A DNA stretch of 63,628 nucleotides, counting the filler, from Sanchytrium tribonematis (lineage: Eukaryota): the NCBI GenBank assembly GCA_018985235.1. It is 10 parts of 10 records of this genome, joined end to end, with 100 filler letters (N's around TTAATTAATTAA, not from the genome) between each part and the next. Parts side by side here need not be neighbours in the genome. Positions count along the whole stretch, not along the records: positions 28,927 to 33,210 come from JADGIG010000741.1; positions 33,311 to 37,575 come from JADGIG010000742.1; positions 37,676 to 41,938 come from JADGIG010000743.1; positions 42,039 to 46,287 come from JADGIG010000744.1; 6 more parts are not named here. The stretch is one strand, 5' to 3'. Each line of letters starts with the position of its first letter. The stretch's first letter is position 1. The notes beneath the pieces are model-generated. The model saw nothing but the letters and a program-made list of their open reading frames with translations, was not told where the DNA came from and searched no databases. Both the position numbers and the translations under genes were made by a program. This document shows positions 29,975 through 42,178 of this stretch, piece by piece.

Positions 29975-32900
29975 TTATAGCTTTCGAAGCTGCTCCATAT
30001 GACACGTTATTAAAAATTTATACTTATCTTGAAGCTGTGCGATGTTTGTCGACAGCATCTTGATGAAGTAAATTGGTTCTGGCACAAAGTAGTAGTCCAG
30101 TTTTCCTTGTTTCCAAGAATTGGTCATGTAGACCTTTTCTCCATTTTTAAATTCGGGGAGACCCTTTTTAGAGTTTAATTGTGTTAAGCGCTTTTGCCTT
30201 TTGTTGTAGGCTCTTTGATTGGCGTCTCGCCGTAGCTCTGTAATGTCATTAGAAGTAAAAATTCTTTCCCGTTTGATAGGATCTATTTTGCTTTTGAATA
30301 ATAGCATAGAAGGAGCCTCGCCTGTGGCGGAGTTAGTCGCATTCTTCATCGAAACTAATGCTAAGTGAAGTGATTCTGTCCAGGATAAATTTTGTGAATG
30401 TTTCGAAGTTTTACATCGAGTTCCCTGTGTTTTCTTTCTACTGCATTGCTAAAATGTGCATATGGGGCTACAGATTGTATTTCTATTCCCTCTTCCTTCA
30501 AAAAGAGTCTAAATTCTTTTGAATTAAAGGGTACGTTATCGGCTACAATTTCTGTAGGAGGTCCAAATATTTGGATCCAATGCCTTTTCAGTGCTAATAT
30601 GGCGTCTTTGGAACCATTTCGAGCTACTGGGACCGCATTTATAAATCTAGTGGAATCGTCTAGTATTGTAAATAAATACTTACAGTCTTCCTGATAGTTT
30701 GCAGGCTCTATTGGCAAAGGACCTTTGAAATCAATATAAATTCGGTGCAAAGGCTGTGCTGGAATACGTGTCTTGAAATGATGTTCCAGAGTTGGCGCCT
30801 TAGACAATAGGCATGTCTCACAACTTTTGACAAATTTTCTAATTCTGGTCTGTTTACCAGAAAAGTAATAATCTTTCAAGTAAATTGACACTTGTGCGGA
30901 GCCTGCATGTGCCGCTATATTACTATTGTGTGCTATTGATAGCAGACTATCAACAAGATGTTCAGGTACATAAAGCTTTTTACCCGACTTGTGTGTTTTA
31001 TAAATGATTCCATCTAATTCTTGAACATGTGCAGTCTTGTTATTTAATAGAGATTGAAGAGATAAATCTTTACTTTGTTCAAGCTGCCAGTTGATTGTCT
31101 CGAAAGTCGTTTTTACTGTTGGATTCAATTTGGTATCCGTTTCTTGAGAATCCACCGACTTTTGACTACTTAACTTCATACTGTTCAAAGTAGAGCTACA
31201 TGATGGTTCGTAGCCGTAACGGCTTAATGCGTCAGTGACTGTATTTTGAGGGCCCGGAATATATGCTATTGTCAAGTGGTATTGTTGCAATTTGCAAATC
31301 CATCTTGCTAATCTACCGGACTGTTCTGAGTCAAATAACCATCGAAGATTACCGTGATCTGTAAAAACTGTCACACTGGTACCATATAGAAATGGTCTGA
31401 ATTTATCTAGAGCGTAAAGTATTGCTAAGCATTCTTTTTCCCTGACATCATAGTTTTTCTCAGCACCTTGTAGCGTACGGGAGATAAACCAAACCGGCTT
31501 TTTATCCTGAGCTAATACTGCACCAACACCATATTTACTGGCGTCTGTGTACACGTAAAATGGTTGATCAAACTGTGGATGAGCCAGAGTTACTTGGTCG
31601 GATACTATTACATCTTGGAGAGTACGGTAAGCCGCCTCACATTCTTTAGACCATTTAAATATTGCGTTTTTCTTTGTTAAAGCCTGTAAGGGCTGACTAA
31701 TTGTCGCATATTTGTGGATAAAGCACCGATAAAAGCTAGTTAAGCCTAGAAATTGTCTAACTTGGGTGACTGTTTTTGGAGATGTCAAGGCCTTCACCGC
31801 ATCAATCTTCTCGTCGCTGGCTTGTATGCCATCTCAGTTACTTTGAACCCTAGGAAATTGATTCTAGTCATTCCCAGACGACATTTCTTAGCGTTAAGGG
31901 TAAGACCGTGCTCTTCCAATTTGCTGAGTACTCCTTTGAACTTTCCCAAAATTTCTTCAAATGTAGATGCAAAAATCAGAAGGTCGTCTAAATAGATCAA
32001 AAGATCTTTTCCTATCATTTTATCGAAAATTTCATTCATTAATCTTTGAAAAGTAGCTGGAGCTGTTGACAATCCAAATGGCATTACTTTGAATTGGTAA
32101 AGTCCAAATGGTGTCACAAATGCTGTCTTTTCTTTATCTTTTTCGGCTAAATTGATTTGCCAATATCCGGACTTTAAGTCCAAAGAAATAAAGTATTTTG
32201 CTCCATGTAGATTTGAGAGTAAGGATTGTAAATTGGGAAGAGGATAAGCGTCGAATTTAGTATGCTTATTTAGCTGTTTATAATTAACGCAAAATCTTAC
32301 TGACCCATCAGGTTTTGGTATCAAAACCACCGCGGATCTCCAATCCGATTTTGAAGGCTCAATTTTGTCGTCAAGAAGCATTTTTTCGCACTCGGTCCTT
32401 ATCATTTTAATTTCCTCAGGGCTTAGCCTTGGAATTCCTGATCTGACCGGTTCACAATCCGTTCTAATATGATGTCTTGTTTTGACTTTTGTTTTATTTT
32501 CTGAACCAAAGCAAAGTGGAAATTGTTTAGCAGTTTCCATCATTTGTTTTCTTTCGTTCTCTGTCAAATCATCATTTAAGACTAAATCAAGTGGAGTATT
32601 TTCTTCCTTGTCGTTTGGCAGTATGATATCTTCACTATGTAAGTCATAATCATTAGTCATATCTTTAAGAATTTCTTGATACTGAAATTTCTTAAGTTTG
32701 CTGTTCTTAGCTGTACTAACATAATTGCACATGGCAGTCTGTACAGCTACTTCATCTGAACTGCGATTCATTCGAATTGGAATCCTGTTTATCCAAATAA
32801 AGTTTCATTCAAAATCAATGGTCATATTTTGTAATCTCATGCTATCCCTACCGACAATAATGCTAGACGCAAGATTACAAATAATATGAAAATGCTGTTT

Positions 32901-33100
32901 AATTGGAGTGTACGAATAGTACACGTTACATTGAACGGATCCCAGAATGGTTAATTTAGTTCCATTAGCAAGTTCAGTGTCTGTTAATTTGGACGGTTTT
33001 ATTTTCAACTGCAATTTGGAGGTAGTTTTTTTCGTCCATAAAGCAATGGCTAGCACCAGTATCCATCAATATTTTACATATTGAGTTATTGATACGAGCT
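29975..33100 (-). mobile_element. Degenerate Ty3/Gypsy pol (protease-RT-RNase H-integrase)
   Basis: LMDTGAS protease, DLKSGYWQ, MPFGL, YLDD, YTDASKYGVGAVL, H..AH...CETC, IDFKGPLP. Interrupted by frameshifts near 33030, 31820 and 30360 and by an in-frame TGA at 32805-32807. Confidence 0.93.
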
Positions 33101-33310
33101 GAAACTTCTCAAGAATTATCGAGATAGTTGAAGAGAAGCATTCATTTATTGTTTCAACGTGTTCTCCGTGCAGATGTCATCTTACGCCATTAACATGTGT
33201 CTTTACATGTNNNNNNNNNNNNNNNNNNNNNNNNNNNNNNNNNNNNNNNNNNNNTTAATTAATTAANNNNNNNNNNNNNNNNNNNNNNNNNNNNNNNNNN
33301 NNNNNNNNNN

Positions 33311-34539
33311 AATGAATCTTCACAAATATTGTTGATAAATATGGTAGATTTGCCACCCATGAATAATTCAGAGTAATATTCGTCCATGGCTCTTTTGGCA
33401 TCTCCTACTGCCGGAACATGCTTAATCACAACAACGTGGTCAATTTCTTGATGACCAGATGGATATAATACTGGATTACTATTAATCATGTCATCTACAA
33501 CATTGGATTTGCTAATTTCTTTGCTTTTAAATTGCGCATGTTGGGATAAATTTAACCCGTCATTATTTCCAAGATGGTTATACGAGACTATTGAGAGTGG
33601 TTTAATGCCTGCATTAATCAAGAAATCCACTAATACGCTTTTCAACTTTGTTTGACCTGATTTGAAGTCATCTCCAGCTACAAATGATTGGTGCTGATTT
33701 GCCAATTCTAAAATGGCATCATTTAGAGTATTTTGGGGAGATCCATTGATAAATATGGCATTTTCAAGGATGCTAGCTACTGCAAATATGGTAGATGGAG
33801 CTATCTCACAGTGATTCTTTTCGATTGATTTTAATAAATTGGAAGCTGAGTCATTGACACCAGGGATGATCTCTGAGAATCTTTCTGTTGAAGCAGTCCA
33901 TAGCACGATGACTTTATCCAACTTGTGCTGGTCTTTAAATGACTTGATATCTTTTCTGATTTGTTGTAAATCTGCTTGTTTATCAGGATTTTTTAAATCA
34001 TTAAATTGGTGATTGCATCTTGCATTTTGATTATTTGCATAAAATGATGGATAGAAGACTGATTTCATGGGAAGAATATCTTTTAAATGGGGCAATTGGT
34101 TGATTAAATCAGGTTCTAAAACATGATTTGCAAATAAAGAATCTTGAATATTTTGATTGACAATATCCCATCCAGAGATGATCAAGCTATTTGGATCCAT
34201 CATTGGTACTAATTGATTTAATGGCTTGAATATAGGACCATCTGCTGTCTCAATTCTAGTCGTAGAACTCATAAACAAAGATCCATAATAATTTGAGGAC
34301 TGTTTGCCATTTTTAGTTTGAAATGACAATCCACGCTTATTCGCTTCAATCCCTGCTAATAATGTAGATCCATTATTACCACATAGACCAACCAGCAATA
34401 ATCCAGTTTTTTGTGGATTTGGATTCGTTTTGAATTGTACTGTTTTAGAGGTCTTTGTGGATTCCCAAATGGGTTCTTTGACTTGATATTGATGCCAGGT
34501 GTGTTTTGAATGTATCATTGTATTTTTGGGGATATTCAT
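33311..34539 (-). CDS. INO1: Myo-inositol-1-phosphate synthase (3' partial)
   Basis: GLCGNNGS, LWTASTERF, NGSPQNT, GDDFKSGQTK, SYNHLGNNDG. Confidence 0.96.
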
Positions 34540-34964
34540 TTGTATTTGTTTGATCCGGATTGAAAAAGAGCCAATCAAAACTACTTGTAGAAATCACTCT
34601 GAAACCCTCTATAATTGTTTATTATTAGTCCAATATGGACTCGTTATCAACATTGTGCGTATCAACTATGCCAATTGACTCTTTCATGATATTCTCATAT
34701 TTGCATTCTTTTTCGAGTTTTCTTGGAAACCTACGAACCTGAAATAAACATAGATTGTGAATGTAGCCATGTAACAAAATGGATGGTCAATTTGCATGAT
34801 GTAGATTATTCTGTGATACCCAGATCTAGACATGATAACAGAATTTGCATGTGATTGGGTGTTAGAAAAAGAAGTTACTGTGATTTGTTGCGCCAGACGA
34901 TTTCGTCTGAATATGTCTGTGATTCAATTTAAAAGAAGTCATTCTGCATTACCCATACAAAGAG

Positions 34965-36827
34965 ATGCTTTTTCTAATTTTATTAATCTTAAGAGCAATG
35001 ACGCCGGAAGAAAGACGATTCAAATCTCATACACAACAAAGAGGGACACCAGCAAAACAATCACCACACTCAGCACAAAATGCAGAGACATTAAACACAT
35101 TGGCACTCAAACAGCTATACGAGAGATACAAAAGCGAATTAAATGGCCACCCAACTTCCGACATCCATGACAAGATTCAACAATTACTAGATTTCCAAAG
35201 AGAAAAGAGGTCATCTCTTCATGGTGAGCATCTCAAACGTCTTGACAGAGAATTCAATGCATTAAATCCATTCATAGTGAGAGACCTCAAATCTAAAATC
35301 AATTCAATGTACAACCAATATAAAGGAGATTTATCAAATTTGGACATGTCTGAGAGAATTTCTTATTTGCAACATCAAAAACTTTCCGAGGAGGAAAACA
35401 AGATTATCGAGAAATACAACCAAATTAGCAAAAATGACAAATTCCAATTAAAACCTCAAATTGGAAGTGTTGCGAATCAACAAGAAATGCCTCGAGAACA
35501 GCACTTTTTTGATGAACATCCGAGTGAATTGACAGCAGAATCTATCAGCGAAATTAATGATCTGTATGAAAGATACAAAGGCAACAAGATTTTGTCTGTT
35601 ATATCTTCAGATTCAAATCTTGATACCAAAATTACACAATTACAAAAATTGAGAGAATATTTTGAGCACGAATTTGACCAAGATCCCGCTGAACTTGCTA
35701 TCATTAAAAAGGAGTTTGAAATAGTCGACAGAATTAATCAGAATAAGGAAATTCAAATTAACGATTTGTACGAAGCTGAAAAGATTCATTTGGTAGGTGA
35801 AAAAGATCCCCAAAATATTCAAGAAAGACTAGCACAGTTATTAGATTATGAAGCGTATCTGAAAAAGAAATTTGCGGATGACAGTGTTCGAATTAAAAAT
35901 ATCGACAAGAAATTCAAGCCAGTTCATGATTTTGTTAAATCTAGTGGATATCTTGAGGCGATTAATGCTAGAGTAAGAGTATTACCAAAACAAGCATCGT
36001 TTAAAAGATTATTCAAATTATATGGTATTCCCGAAAGCGCAGAAGAACGATCTGCAATAATTCAATTGAAACTTAAGGAACTGGAACTAAGAAAGAAATA
36101 CTCAGGGAAACCTTTTAAAATTAAGAGAATCTCACAAAGATTTCAAGCACTTGATGATTACATCAAAGAAAAAAAACTTGAGCATTTTGTGTTGGATACT
36201 AATAAAAAAATAGAAACCGTCAAGAATGAAGAGAATAAAAAAGAAAAAGAGAAACAAGAAAAACCACCAAATCTAATTCAAAGGTTAAAATCAAAAATGG
36301 GTTTTAGACCCTCTACTAGTTCTTTGTTACAAGTGAACTTTGATTTTGCACATTTTAATCCCGAAAATACGATACAAATTAATAATGGACTAGAGGAAAA
36401 AAACAGATTATTAAAATCAGCTAAATCTCAATATCAAAGAAAACTAATTGAAGAATGGTTCTATCCAATAACTCAAGCAGCAAAAAATAATGGCGGTTCA
36501 GACAAATTATTGAATCAAGCAAATGAATTTAAAAATCCGACTCGCATCAGAAATTTTTTAGATTTCTTTAAAAATAGAAAATTTAACAAATTGCAAAATC
36601 AAATCTCAGATTTAAGATCAAATATACAGGGCAGTGAAGCTGAAATAGAACGTCAGCATCATGATTTTTTACAACATGCAGAGAAATCTATAAATTATGA
36701 AGATTCAATTACATTTATGAAAAATCAACGTGAGCTGTATGAAAATTTTGCAAAAGATCAGATAAGTACACCTCCAAACACACCACGAAATGATGCAGTA
36801 CCAAGGGAAGTACCTTTACGACCCTAA
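34965..36827 (+). CDS. Secreted, charged helical orphan protein with internal repeats
   Basis: Short signal peptide; recurring INxLYExYK...I.QL units. Confidence 0.7.
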   Translation: MLFLILLILRAMTPEERRFKSHTQQRGTPAKQSPHSAQNAETLNTLALKQLYERYKSELNGHPTSDIHDKIQQLLDFQREKRSSLHGEHLKRLDREFNALNPFIVRDLKSKINSMYNQYKGDLSNLDMSERISYLQHQKLSEEENKIIEKYNQISKNDKFQLKPQIGSVANQQEMPREQHFFDEHPSELTAESISEINDLYERYKGNKILSVISSDSNLDTKITQLQKLREYFEHEFDQDPAELAIIKKEFEIVDRINQNKEIQINDLYEAEKIHLVGEKDPQNIQERLAQLLDYEAYLKKKFADDSVRIKNIDKKFKPVHDFVKSSGYLEAINARVRVLPKQASFKRLFKLYGIPESAEERSAIIQLKLKELELRKKYSGKPFKIKRISQRFQALDDYIKEKKLEHFVLDTNKKIETVKNEENKKEKEKQEKPPNLIQRLKSKMGFRPSTSSLLQVNFDFAHFNPENTIQINNGLEEKNRLLKSAKSQYQRKLIEEWFYPITQAAKNNGGSDKLLNQANEFKNPTRIRNFLDFFKNRKFNKLQNQISDLRSNIQGSEAEIERQHHDFLQHAEKSINYEDSITFMKNQRELYENFAKDQISTPPNTPRNDAVPREVPLRP

Positions 36828-36865
36828 TAAATTATTTCATGAATTTGCAATTCTTCGGTTGAAAC

Positions 36866-37575
36866 ATGTTATTAATCCCTTCATTGACCATTTTGCAAGA
36901 TACCCTGTATTATGCTGCTCTATATCCCATATTGACCACATTTGTGAGTGAGGATGATGTTTATTTATTCCAATTGAGTTATGCCGTGGGTTTTATTTTG
37001 GGAACTTTGACATTTTACAAATTGCCATTCAGTTACATCATCATGTCCATCTCGATAGCACTCGTCGAATTTAAACTCAACAAATATCTCATCATGGTCG
37101 GTATTTTATTACAGGGTTATTCTGGTGGCATGAATTGGCTCACTTTGTATTTAGTAGAAGATTACACAAAAACAGGGATCGCACTGGGATTTTATCATTT
37201 AGGTAATATTATTGGACCATTTTTGGGTCCATATATCAAATATTTGATCATTTCCAATATTTGTTTGTTTCTTTTGTCATTGTTTCATTCTCATGAGCCT
37301 CTTAAAAATAATACATTGTACCAATTATTGCAAGAAACCCATTTAATACATGCTACCATTCTATTATTCACTCAAATATTCATGTTTAATGGATTATTGC
37401 CTGTTTTATCCCTTTATTTTCAAGATATTGAATTGGATTTGCAACAAACCTCTATTTATTTCATGCTCATTTCATTTCCCAATATCATATTGAGTGTCTT
37501 ATCAGGCTATTTGGTGGATAGACATCCTCCTAAAATCATTATTGGATTGGGCATAATTTGGAATTTGGGGAGTTT
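36866..37575 (+). CDS. MFS transporter (3' partial, divergent)
   Basis: LLQGYSGG, LGNIIGPFLG, SGYLVDRHPPK. Confidence 0.75.
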
Positions 37576-37675
37576 NNNNNNNNNNNNNNNNNNNNNNNNN
37601 NNNNNNNNNNNNNNNNNNNTTAATTAATTAANNNNNNNNNNNNNNNNNNNNNNNNNNNNNNNNNNNNNNNNNNNN

Positions 37676-38886
37676 TAAAAACTTAGGATAGCCGATTGGT
37701 TGATGTAATATAGCGTGAAAGAGTTTGTCCACATTTTCAGGATTTCCAAATGGAGGCCTACCACACAACATTTCATACATTACAATCCCAAGTGCCCACC
37801 AATCTACTGTTCTTCCATAAGTCTCATCTTCCAATACTTCTGGGGCCAAATATTCTGGAGTTCCACAAAATGTAGAGGTTGTATCATTTCTACCAATACC
37901 TTCTTTACATAGACCAAAATCCTAAATGAGGTAAAATTTACAGTAACTTTAATGTGACCATCACTGTCTAGAAGCAAATTTTCCAATTTTAAGTCACGAT
38001 AAACTATTCCTTTGGTGTGTAGATATCCGAGTGCTAGTGTTATTTCCGCGACATAATATCTGCTTCTTTCTTCCGAAAATTTTCTTTCTTTCGTTATATG
38101 ATAAAAAAGCTCTCCTCCGTTGATATACTCCATGACGAAATACAAGCGATCGTTGGTCTGAAATGAATAAAATAATTTGACTAAAAATGGGTGATCAAGT
38201 GATTGTAGAATACGGTTTTCTACAAGAACATGTTCAATTGCATCGTCGTCTGATAATCCATTTTTTTTAATGACTTTAATGGCAAAGAATTCAGGGTCTG
38301 TTGCTTTAGGTGTTTTGTGCTTAGCTAACATAACTTTTCCATAGTTTCCTTTTCCAACAACTCGTAAAAATTCAAAATCTTCTGGCTTCATAGTCTTGTC
38401 GAAAGTATTTAAAGTTTCGCCAGCACTGCCACTAGTTCTTGCTGCGTTTATGGCCTCGACCCAATTATCCCTATCCGTCTTCGTGTCTGATTTCATGTAT
38501 CTTTTCTCTCCATTAGGAAGTGTTAATTCGAAACAGGTATTTCCAATTTTGTCATATAATTTGCATTCTGCCCCATTCAATAAAAAACAATTTGTTGGTG
38601 ATTTTTCTTCTTGAGGATCCTTGAAGTAATATAATTCATTGGGGTACAGAACAAACCATCTCGCTCTCCAATTTTTAATGTAATTTCCTTGTTTAACTAA
38701 CCAACCTTGTTTAAGAGGTGCTTCTGTCTTGTCATTAACAGTCACATCTTGGAGATTACGTGCTAGAGATTTTGGAGCTTCTTTTACTGCTGGAGCAGTA
38801 TTATCTTTTGGTGACATGGGTAATTTTTTTATTAAGCCTCTTTTTTTTGATACAAATTTCGGGTATCCAGAAATCACGGAATTCAT
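37676..38886 (-). CDS. AKT: AKT/PKB-like kinase (PH + AGC kinase), 2 exons, 3' partial
   Basis: [34 protein letters not shown]; after the intron DFGLCKEG...[16 protein letters not shown].. YGRTVDWW. Start may be 38886 or a later ATG. Confidence 0.9.
37922..37941 (-). other. 20-nt intron GTAAATTTTACCTCATTTAG (phase 0)
   Basis: Excision restores HIKVT^DFGLCKE exactly. Confidence 0.93.
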
Positions 38887-38969
38887 TGTTCATCGGACCT
38901 GTCGCTGGCTTGCTAATAATAACGGGAAAATAATTTCATCTGAATCCCCTGGATTTAAATATTCGTCTT

Positions 38970-39803
38970 ATGAAAGGTGTTCCAAAATCATTTCGAAAAT
39001 ATCCACTTATTGCTAATGATAATTTGGGCAAATTAATCGCAAACCAATTTGAAAATAGTGAGCTAATCAATCTGACCGCTGGCCTTTGCTTAATAGAAAA
39101 ACATTTAAAAAGCAGGCCCAAATTACTACTAGAGTCTAGTCCTTCTATGGTTACTTTTCAAGAATACTCTGGAAAAAGACTAGATTATATGAAGGAAGTT
39201 TCTTTGGTTGAAATGGTAAAAAAAATGGAATTCGGACGTAATTGTGCTGTGTTCGTTTCTTTAAATAACGAAAATTTTCCTATTAGTATCCGGATGTTTT
39301 TAAAGTTCATTTCATCTCAAATCCTATTTTGGAAATCAAATCCTTTGCCTTTGTACATATTGAGCAGTAAGGTAAGGGGGACTAGCTTACTTGCTACTCC
39401 CGGTGATAAAAAATACTCTCGAGTAACGATAACTGCAAGTGTTCTTTGTGACATTACAAATTGCCTGCACATACCTAGCAAACAGGTTGTTTATGACTCA
39501 AAAGATTTTGTTTTGACGAAATTGGAACCCAAACAAGTAGAATTTTATGATTTTATGCTTTTCGATTATTTTGTAAAAAACCTAATGATTAGAAAAGCTA
39601 GTTTATTTCCAGAGGCACTCGCTGTTACAGCCTCAAACGTTATAAATGAATACAAACAATCAAGACTTTGGGACATGAGAATTAATGGCAAAAATTTGAA
39701 GGATACCAAAACATTAGATTTAAAGCCATCGGAATTCGTATCTATTTTTGTTGAATGGAAAACTTGGCCGTGTGTCAGAAACGGTCTCTTGGGCAATTTT
39801 TAA
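38970..39803 (+). CDS. Mitochondrial transcription factor B (Mtf1-like), divergent
   Basis: LLATPG..YSRVTI, FDYFVKNL, DLKPSEF...WKTWP. Confidence 0.65.
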   Translation: MKGVPKSFRKYPLIANDNLGKLIANQFENSELINLTAGLCLIEKHLKSRPKLLLESSPSMVTFQEYSGKRLDYMKEVSLVEMVKKMEFGRNCAVFVSLNNENFPISIRMFLKFISSQILFWKSNPLPLYILSSKVRGTSLLATPGDKKYSRVTITASVLCDITNCLHIPSKQVVYDSKDFVLTKLEPKQVEFYDFMLFDYFVKNLMIRKASLFPEALAVTASNVINEYKQSRLWDMRINGKNLKDTKTLDLKPSEFVSIFVEWKTWPCVRNGLLGNF

Positions 39804-39881
39804 TCTTACTCAAATAAATTAATCTAATTTTGAACTCATTTTGACGGGGTAAAACAGAGTCCTTTCATTCACTGCAAATTG

Positions 39882-41938
39882 ATGAGACTGCGACCACGTC
39901 AAAATGAATTAGAAGAAAGACATTTCATTATCAAATATGCTCCCAATTTTATTTTATTTTTGCATTTGCTAGCACCGTTTGTACCAGTTTATCTGTTTTT
40001 AGTTTTAAATGTTTTGCACATTATTTCAATTTTAATTTGTGGGCAGGCTAAGCAATATTTTATTTGGGTGTCATTTTTCATATTTATTCTAGGATTTTCT
40101 ATCAACTTTGTTGATTCTAAGTCCGGTACCATGCTAATGGCTATATCATTATTTAAAATTTTTGCATTGTTAAATTTTAGCGGACTTCAGACTATCGTTA
40201 ATGCCTCTATGCCCCTTCTTATTGGAGTATTACTATTACTGCTCTTTTTCTACTTTTTATTTGCGCTTATGGGACTGTCTATGTTTCAAAATTCTTTGAA
40301 TAGATTTTGCTATTTTGATTCAGCCGTCCTAGGAAGAAAAATAATGACTTTGCAGCATTGTGGAGTGGATAAAGGCTATCAATGTCCCTCAAATCAATTT
40401 TGTGCTCCAGGATCGCGGAATGATGGTTTTTCGTATCTGTCATTCAATGACATTTTTCATTCTTTTTTGACAATATTCGTTGCCACATCTTTGGAAGATT
40501 GGACAGCTGAGATGTACTGGACTATGGATGGAGAGACATATGCTGCCAGTTTATTTTACGTTGTTTTAGTTATTTTTGTAAGTTTCATTCTCTTAAAGCT
40601 TTTCGTGGCTGTTATAACCGAAACTTATGATAATATTCGAGCAAAAGAGAGACAAGAAGTACCAGAAAAGCCATTGGAAATTAAAAAAGACAATGAATTT
40701 GCAAAAATTTATTTTTCAAATTTTTTTAAGGGATTTATGTCTAGTATAATATCGCTAGAATTGTTTGCAAGAATTATTATATCTGAAGTCAATTATGGAA
40801 GTGCAATATGGTATTATCCTATCGGCTTTGAGATGGCATTTTGTTTCATTTACGTTATTGAAACAATTTTGATGCTGTTATCGGTACACATCCCATTGTT
40901 AAGATACTCAAAAACCTCTATATTTAAAATCATTCTAACTGCTGGTAATGTAGCTGGTCTTGTTTCTATTATTTTTCCTTCTAACGCCAGACGTTTTTTT
41001 ATAATTTTCAATTTACTGCGGACTCCTCGTGTTGTCCACTTGTTACCTCGTATTAAGAAACTAGGATATGTTATTTTGGGATCCTATCGACAATTGGTGT
41101 CTTTATTTCTGTTAAGCATTGGCTACATATTTCTTGGAAGTATTATTTTGAATTATATTGGAGTTTACTATGTAGACTATTTTGATCCGACTAATCCCAA
41201 CTTCATTTTCTTCTTTGGCTCTTATTGGGGTTCCTTTGCAGGTATGTTTCAAATATTCATTGGTGATGGATGGGACAATGTTGCACTGAATACAATGTAT
41301 CTACTCAACAATAATTTATTTGTAGTAATAATGTTGGCAGTTTTCTTCATAACGTATTATATTATAGCTCATTTTGTAGTCAGCAATTTACTTGTGGGTG
41401 TTATTTTGGAAAATTTTGGTTTAACTGAAACAGAAAAACGATTAAGACAATTAAGGGCCTTTTTTAGGGACGTTAAGAAGAAAAACAAAGAGCATGATAA
41501 TGAGCGCATGAAAAGAATCAATCCATACACGTACTTTAAGCAAACCAAGAATAGCTATTTGTCAAACAATCTACCTTCAAGTTTTGCTGTTCCAGGAATA
41601 AGAAAGGAATTAGTTCATAAATTCCTGAACAGTGACACCATGGAGACACCTCCGCTTGATGTAGAGTCTTCCGGTGATGAAGAGAACTCTGAAAGCAAAG
41701 CCTTAATTGAAAAAAATTTGGGCTACGTGGAGGTCGAATCCTCATTATTTTGTTTGCGAAAGAACAATCCTTTGAGGCGCTTTTGCTTATACATATGCAG
41801 TCCTCATAATGGCAAAAACTACTTTGAATATGTAGTTCGGATTATGATTATATTGTCAATAATAGAGGCCGCTTTTGATACCCCAATTAATCGATTGAAG
41901 TCCTATATGGATAATCCAACTACAAATTGGACAATATT
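39882..41938 (+). CDS. CCH1: Four-domain cation channel of the Cch1/NALCN type (domains I-II, 3' partial)
   Basis: Cys-rich turret, pore TSLEDW, LFVAVITETY, pore IGDGW, VILENF..EKRLRQLRAF. Confidence 0.8.
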
Positions 41939-42178
41939 NNNNNNNNNNNNNNNNNNNNNNNNNNNNNNNNNNNNNNNNNNNNTTAATTAATTAANNNNNN
42001 NNNNNNNNNNNNNNNNNNNNNNNNNNNNNNNNNNNNNNAAAACCTTTTTATTTTTTGGGAATTGATAGTGAAATGAATAGAGTTATTGTTGTTGCTTGCA
42101 AGCCATCCGAGTAAATTATCACATGATGTCATATTCGCAATTTATTTGCAATTTACGCAATTGATTCGCTTCATCCCC

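Noticed and set aside
26197..32807. Stop-codon reassignment (TAA/TAG=Gln or TGA=Trp)
   Set aside because: TAA, TAG and TGA all terminate conserved genes at expected places, and long conserved ORFs have no internal stops. The in-frame stops occur only in a decayed TE and one orphan.
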